Part shown: one piece after another, positions 60,121-64,000 of the stretch
Layout of the letters: every line of letters starts with the position of its first letter
Position numbering within the stretch: position 1 is the first letter of the stretch
DNA from: an uncultured Planctomycetales bacterium
Lineage (GTDB): Bacteria > Omnitrophota > Gorgyraeia > Zapsychrales > Fredricksoniimonadaceae
NCBI GenBank assembly: GCA_964438075.1
Contig: CAYTIW010000007.1
Coordinates: 1 to 64,000, forward strand
DNA length: 64,000 nt
Direction: 5' to 3'
Position numbers and translations under genes: made by a program
The notes under the pieces: model-generated
Told to the model about the DNA's origin: nothing
The model's input: the letters and a program-made list of their open reading frames with translations, nothing else
Database searches by the model: none

Positions 60121-61038
60121 CTATCTCCTCACCAGCGTAACAATGAGACCGAATATTGACATGATGAACGCCAGCAGCAGTAAATAGACCACCCGGTTCA
60201 TGCGCAGGCGCGCCATTGTCGACTCAACGACCCCTATCAAGACCGCAAAGGCGGACATCCCCGCCAGGTACATGGCGGTGTCCTGCCAGATATCCTTGAT
60301 CTGGAAAGGAAAGATCATGGAAATGAAAATGCTGCCCAGCAGAAAAAGTTTTATCGCCTTGCCATAAAGGATGTAAGCCAGGTCCACTCCCCCATGGTCC
60401 AGGACCATGACTTCATGGATCATCGTTAGTTCCAGGTGCGTTTCGGGATCGTCTACCGGTATACGCGAATTCTCCGCCAGCAGGATAAGGAAGAAGCTAC
60501 CCAGCACGAGCAAGAGCTCCGGGCCGGCCACTGGCCAGGAAGAGGCCATCTGCCCCACCAGCATATCAGATAGGGAAAGACTTTTTGCCAAGAGGGCCAG
60601 GATCGTGAGATCCAAGAGTAAAGTTATCTCGGATAAACTCGCGAAGGTCGCCTCCCGGCTGGAGCCCATGCCTTCAAAACTGGAGCCGGTATCGAGGGCG
60701 GCTAGTATCGTGACGAAACGCACTACTGCGAAAAGATAGGCGAAGAGCAGCATGTCACCCCAGAATTGAATGGGGGCTTTCAAAGGCCCCAAAGGGATCA
60801 CAATAGTGGCAGCCAGCGTAGCGGCCATTGAGATCATGGGTGCCATGCGGAAGATCCAGGTGGTCGTCGAGCTATAGACGCAACCTTTGCGCATTAATTT
60901 AAAAAGATCGAAATAGGGCTGCATCAAAGGCGGTCCCCAGCGGCCGGAAAAAAAGGCCTTGGTCTTGCCAATGATCCCTAAAAGCACTGGTGAAAGGACC
61001 ACGACAAATAACATATGTGACAATATATCCACGGTCAT
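60121..61038 (-). CDS. NuoH/HycD/HyfC-like membrane subunit
   Basis: 305 aa. The YFDLFKLMRKG, FEGMGSSRE and PVDDPETHLELTMIHE blocks are typical of HycD/NuoH. Confidence 0.78.
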   Translation of the reverse strand: MTVDILSHMLFVVVLSPVLLGIIGKTKAFFSGRWGPPLMQPYFDLFKLMRKGCVYSSTTTWIFRMAPMISMAATLAATIVIPLGPLKAPIQFWGDMLLFAYLFAVVRFVTILAALDTGSSFEGMGSSREATFASLSEITLLLDLTILALLAKSLSLSDMLVGQMASSWPVAGPELLLVLGSFFLILLAENSRIPVDDPETHLELTMIHEVMVLDHGGVDLAYILYGKAIKLFLLGSIFISMIFPFQIKDIWQDTAMYLAGMSAFAVLIGVVESTMARLRMNRVVYLLLLAFIMSIFGLIVTLVRR

Positions 61039-61039
61039 T

Positions 61040-63022
61040 TTATCCCAATTTCCATATCAACAAGATCAGAAGGAAAGAAAGAACGTACAAAATATAACTT
61101 TGGGTATGTCCGCTCTGTATCCATTTCAACTTCCAGGAGATCTTTTTGATCCCATAGAACAGCGGCCGGAAGACCAAATATTCCGAAGCATCTTTCACTG
61201 AGGAACTCAAATGGGCCGGGGCCGGGTAATATTTCCGTGTATCGGTGAGCTCGACTTTAAAAAGCAAAATGCTTTTAAAGAAATTTATGATCGAGGCCGC
61301 GAAGGAGGAGGCGGTATATTGCATCCGGGCGGAAGGGTAGGCATAGCCGCAGGTCCACGTCTCCCCCTGTCGAACCGGATAGGCTTGCAGCGCAAGTTTT
61401 CGCAAAAGGGCCAGGATGATGAAAATAAGGGCGCTGATCATTAATATCTTGGTGACCAGAAAAAGCGGAGCAATGACCGTCGCCAGCATGTCATAAGGGA
61501 TCACCACGCCAGTGATTGCCTGTGCCGCCTCCAGAGCATAGAAGACCATTACTGCCGGAAAAAGCCCGCCCCAGAAACAAATGGCCGCCAGTGCCAGCAT
61601 AGGGCCCCGTAACAGCCAGCCCGGTTCGGCGCAATGATATTCTTTGGCCGCCCGGCTCTTGCCCAGGAAAATGGCGCCGAAAGCCTTGGTAAAGCAAAGC
61701 GCGGCCAGCCCGCCTATCAGCGCCAGGGCGACTATGGCCAGGCTGGAAAAGATCACGCCGTAAATATCCAAACGGAATACGCCTTCCAAAATGGCCCTGT
61801 AGACCAGCCATTCGCTTATAAAACCGTTGAAAAGGGGTAAGCCGCAGATCGAAAATGACCCAATGAGGAAAAGGCCCCCGGTCCAGGGCAGCGCTTTAAT
61901 CAATCCCCCCATATCATCCAGAGACCCGGTGTGGGTCGAACGGATAACGGATCCAGCGCTCAGGAACAAAAGCCCCTTGAACAAGGCGTGATTGAAAGTA
62001 TGCAACAACGCCCCCGCATAGCCGATGAACGCGACGGATTCTTGTTGGTAGATGTGGCCCGTCAATCCAACCCCGAGCCCGAGTAAAATGATACCTATAT
62101 TCTCGATACTGTGGTATGCCAAAAGTTTCTTTACTTCATGCTGTCCCAGGGCGTATAACACCCCCCCTACTCCGGAAATAACAGCCAGGGCCAGCAGAAA
62201 TATCCCGCACCACAAGGGGAGATCATGGATGATAGCGATAATACGCATCAGGCCGTAAATACCGATCTTGATCACGACCCCGGACAACAAGGCGGAAATG
62301 TGGGTCGGGGCGGCCGGATGGGCATATGGTAACCAGATATGCAAAGGGATCATGCCGGCCTTGGCGCCAAAACCGACCAGGGCCAGTAAAAAGATCAATG
62401 CCGCCGAGCCTAAAGGGAATTGCGTGGCCCGCATCACATCGAAATCCAGGGAGCCCGCCTGGGCTCCCATCAGAAGGAACATGCCCAGCAGGCAAAAAGT
62501 CGCGCTATGCGTGGCTATCAGATAAATATATCCTGCCCGCTGGACCGTTTCCTTTTCATTATAAAAAGTGACAAGAAAATAAGAAACGAACGTCATCAGT
62601 TCCCAGGCCACGAGGAATATAAAAACACCTTTGGCCACCAAAATGAGGGCGATGGCCATGATCAGCAGATGATAGAGCGCGAAATGCACTCCGATGTTCC
62701 TTTGACCGCCGTACTCCCGTAAATAACCATAGCCATATATTCCGGCAGCCAAGGCAAGGAGGAAAACCAATAAAAGGAAAAAAGCGCTTAAAACGTCCAT
62801 CCCGATATGGAAAGTCCCTAAAGGGATCTGCCAATGGGCCCTGAAATCCCACGCCAGTGCCGGTTTACACAATATCTCGAGGGCGGACAGAAGACCCAGG
62901 CCGCAGCCGATGACCAGAGAGCCCAGAAAGATATGACCTGAAATTATTTTACAGCGCGCAGACAGCAATATCGCGAGTGAGGCGAGCGTTAAAACGGCGA
63001 GGCTTGATAATAGGAGTACCAT
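61040..63022 (-). CDS. Antiporter-like large membrane subunit (HyfB/HycC/NuoL family)
   Basis: 660 aa. GFGAKAGMIPLHIWLPYAHPAAPTHISALLSGVVIK, HALFKGLLFLSAG. Confidence 0.8.
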   Translation of the reverse strand: MVLLLSSLAVLTLASLAILLSARCKIISGHIFLGSLVIGCGLGLLSALEILCKPALAWDFRAHWQIPLGTFHIGMDVLSAFFLLLVFLLALAAGIYGYGYLREYGGQRNIGVHFALYHLLIMAIALILVAKGVFIFLVAWELMTFVSYFLVTFYNEKETVQRAGYIYLIATHSATFCLLGMFLLMGAQAGSLDFDVMRATQFPLGSAALIFLLALVGFGAKAGMIPLHIWLPYAHPAAPTHISALLSGVVIKIGIYGLMRIIAIIHDLPLWCGIFLLALAVISGVGGVLYALGQHEVKKLLAYHSIENIGIILLGLGVGLTGHIYQQESVAFIGYAGALLHTFNHALFKGLLFLSAGSVIRSTHTGSLDDMGGLIKALPWTGGLFLIGSFSICGLPLFNGFISEWLVYRAILEGVFRLDIYGVIFSSLAIVALALIGGLAALCFTKAFGAIFLGKSRAAKEYHCAEPGWLLRGPMLALAAICFWGGLFPAVMVFYALEAAQAITGVVIPYDMLATVIAPLFLVTKILMISALIFIILALLRKLALQAYPVRQGETWTCGYAYPSARMQYTASSFAASIINFFKSILLFKVELTDTRKYYPAPAHLSSSVKDASEYLVFRPLFYGIKKISWKLKWIQSGHTQSYILYVLSFLLILLIWKLG

Positions 63023-63089
63023 GTTTTTTTATTACCGTCCTGGCCTAGGCAAATCGCGCAAGTTCACGGGAGTTGCCCGGTCTATTCCC

Positions 63090-63764
63090 TTAAGTCTTTA
63101 TCCTGGCCAGCAATCGTAAAAACCCGTCCAGGATGGTCAACGGATGCGGCGGGCAGCCAGGGATAAAGAGGTCGACAGGCAGAATGCCGTCCAGCCCCTT
63201 TGATGTTTCCGGGCTGCCGGCAAATATCCCCCCGGAGACCGCGCAGGCCCCGACCGCTACCACGATCTTAGGGTCGGGCGTGGCTTCGTAAGTTTTAAGA
63301 AGCGCTTCTTTCATGTTGCGCGTTATAGGCCCGGTCACCACAATCCCGTCTGCATGTCTGGGTGAGGCCACGAACTGAATGCCGAAACGACTGAGATCGA
63401 AGACCGGGGTGTTCAGCACGTTTATGTCCGCTTCGCAGGCATTGCATCCGCCTGCTGACACTTGGCGCAGCTTGAGCGATCGGCCGAAAATACGCAGCAT
63501 CTCCTGTTTGAGGGACCGCGCTAACGCGAGCTCCTCCCCCCTGAGGACCAGGTCGCTTCGCCGGCCGACGGCCATCCGGTAGTCGTTGGAATAGTTCACC
63601 CCGCCGTCCGGGATGAAGGTCATTGTCCCCAGGTCCAGTCCTTCCGGGTTCCCGGCGATGATAGGCCGCCCGCGGTAGCGTGCGGGCAGGGCCGGTGGAG
63701 GTATTCGAGGGAATTTAAGCGTCCTGCATCCTTGCAAAAACCGCGTCTTGATGATTTTCAACAT
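63090..63764 (-). CDS. NuoB/HycG/HyfI-type small subunit with an N-terminal HyfH/HycF-like leader segment and no ferredoxin clusters
   Basis: The core has GGCNACE, ASPRHADGIVVTG, GACAVSGG and PGCPPHP, the four Cys of the proximal [4Fe-4S]. The N-terminal ~75 aa (MLKIIKTRFLQG.RTLKFP...RYRGRP) contain only one Cys. Confidence 0.82.
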   Translation of the reverse strand: MLKIIKTRFLQGCRTLKFPRIPPPALPARYRGRPIIAGNPEGLDLGTMTFIPDGGVNYSNDYRMAVGRRSDLVLRGEELALARSLKQEMLRIFGRSLKLRQVSAGGCNACEADINVLNTPVFDLSRFGIQFVASPRHADGIVVTGPITRNMKEALLKTYEATPDPKIVVAVGACAVSGGIFAGSPETSKGLDGILPVDLFIPGCPPHPLTILDGFLRLLARIKT

Positions 63765-63772
63765 AATGTCAC

Positions 63773-64000
63773 CTATAGGTCATGCCCACAATATGAAAGA
63801 TTGAAACTCTTGTTGCACAGAGGGAAATCCGAGATCTCCTGGTTACGGACCGCCAGGCTGAGACCGAACCAGTTGTGGAAAGAAGGGTCTTTGATCTTAT
63901 AACGTGCAAAACCGCCCTGGGCGTCCGTGATGCCGACATGAGCGATCTCTCCGCGCCATCCCTCCACTAAGGCTAAGGCCAAGGTGTCAGGCCTCATCGG
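63773..64000 (-). CDS. C-terminal end of a NuoD/HycE/HyfG-type large subunit (gene continues beyond the window)
   Basis: VEGWRGEIAHV...YKIKDPSFHNW...ISDFPL pattern of the 49-kDa/large-subunit family. It ends ...CNKSFNLSYCGHDL instead of ...DPCxxCxx[RH]. Confidence 0.7.
   Translation of the reverse strand, partial: PMRPDTLALALVEGWRGEIAHVGITDAQGGFARYKIKDPSFHNWFGLSLAVRNQEISDFPLCNKSFNLSYCGHDL

Overview
This is a gene-dense bacterial window of about 60 supported genes. I found no rRNA, CRISPR array, transposase or integrase, and I cannot assign a taxon from the sequence.

**1-23232 (+ strand), the notable region.** It is an unbroken co-directional cluster with very short or overlapping gene junctions. 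In order it encodes:
- a giant protein, cut by the window edge, with 2360 aa visible and about 160 tandem 13-aa G-[VI]-N-W-x-D repeats
- a bitopic membrane partner
- a reordered F-type ATPase gene set (alpha, epsilon, c, c-like, b-delta fusion, gamma, beta) with no a-subunit gene
- after a 2-nt gap, a T2SS/T4P-like set: GspE, GspF, an embedded HExxH peptidase, GspG, three minor pseudopilins, a PilM-PilN fusion, a PilO-like protein and a TPR protein. No secretin or prepilin peptidase lies in the window.

**Glycosylation genes.** The cluster is followed by a GT-C/GT39-like enzyme, a Dpm1-like GT2 and an STT3-like oligosaccharyltransferase with a WWSPG variant motif. About half of the giant protein's repeats carry an N-W-[ST] sequon.

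**Remainder of the window.**
- tRNA-Ala(CGC), an S1 protease and a YqiJ/flotillin pair
- a duplicated small gene together with its promoter
- an orphan hypE
- a B12-radical SAM gene coupled to two tandem GT-C paralogs
- housekeeping genes: acnA, leuCD, aroC, SDR, nadK, HAD, queH and malic enzyme
- a cNMP-binding patatin protein
- a Hyf/Ehr-like membrane complex whose large subunit C-terminus lacks the canonical NiFe cysteine motif

All calls rest on reading the translations for motifs. No database search was run.
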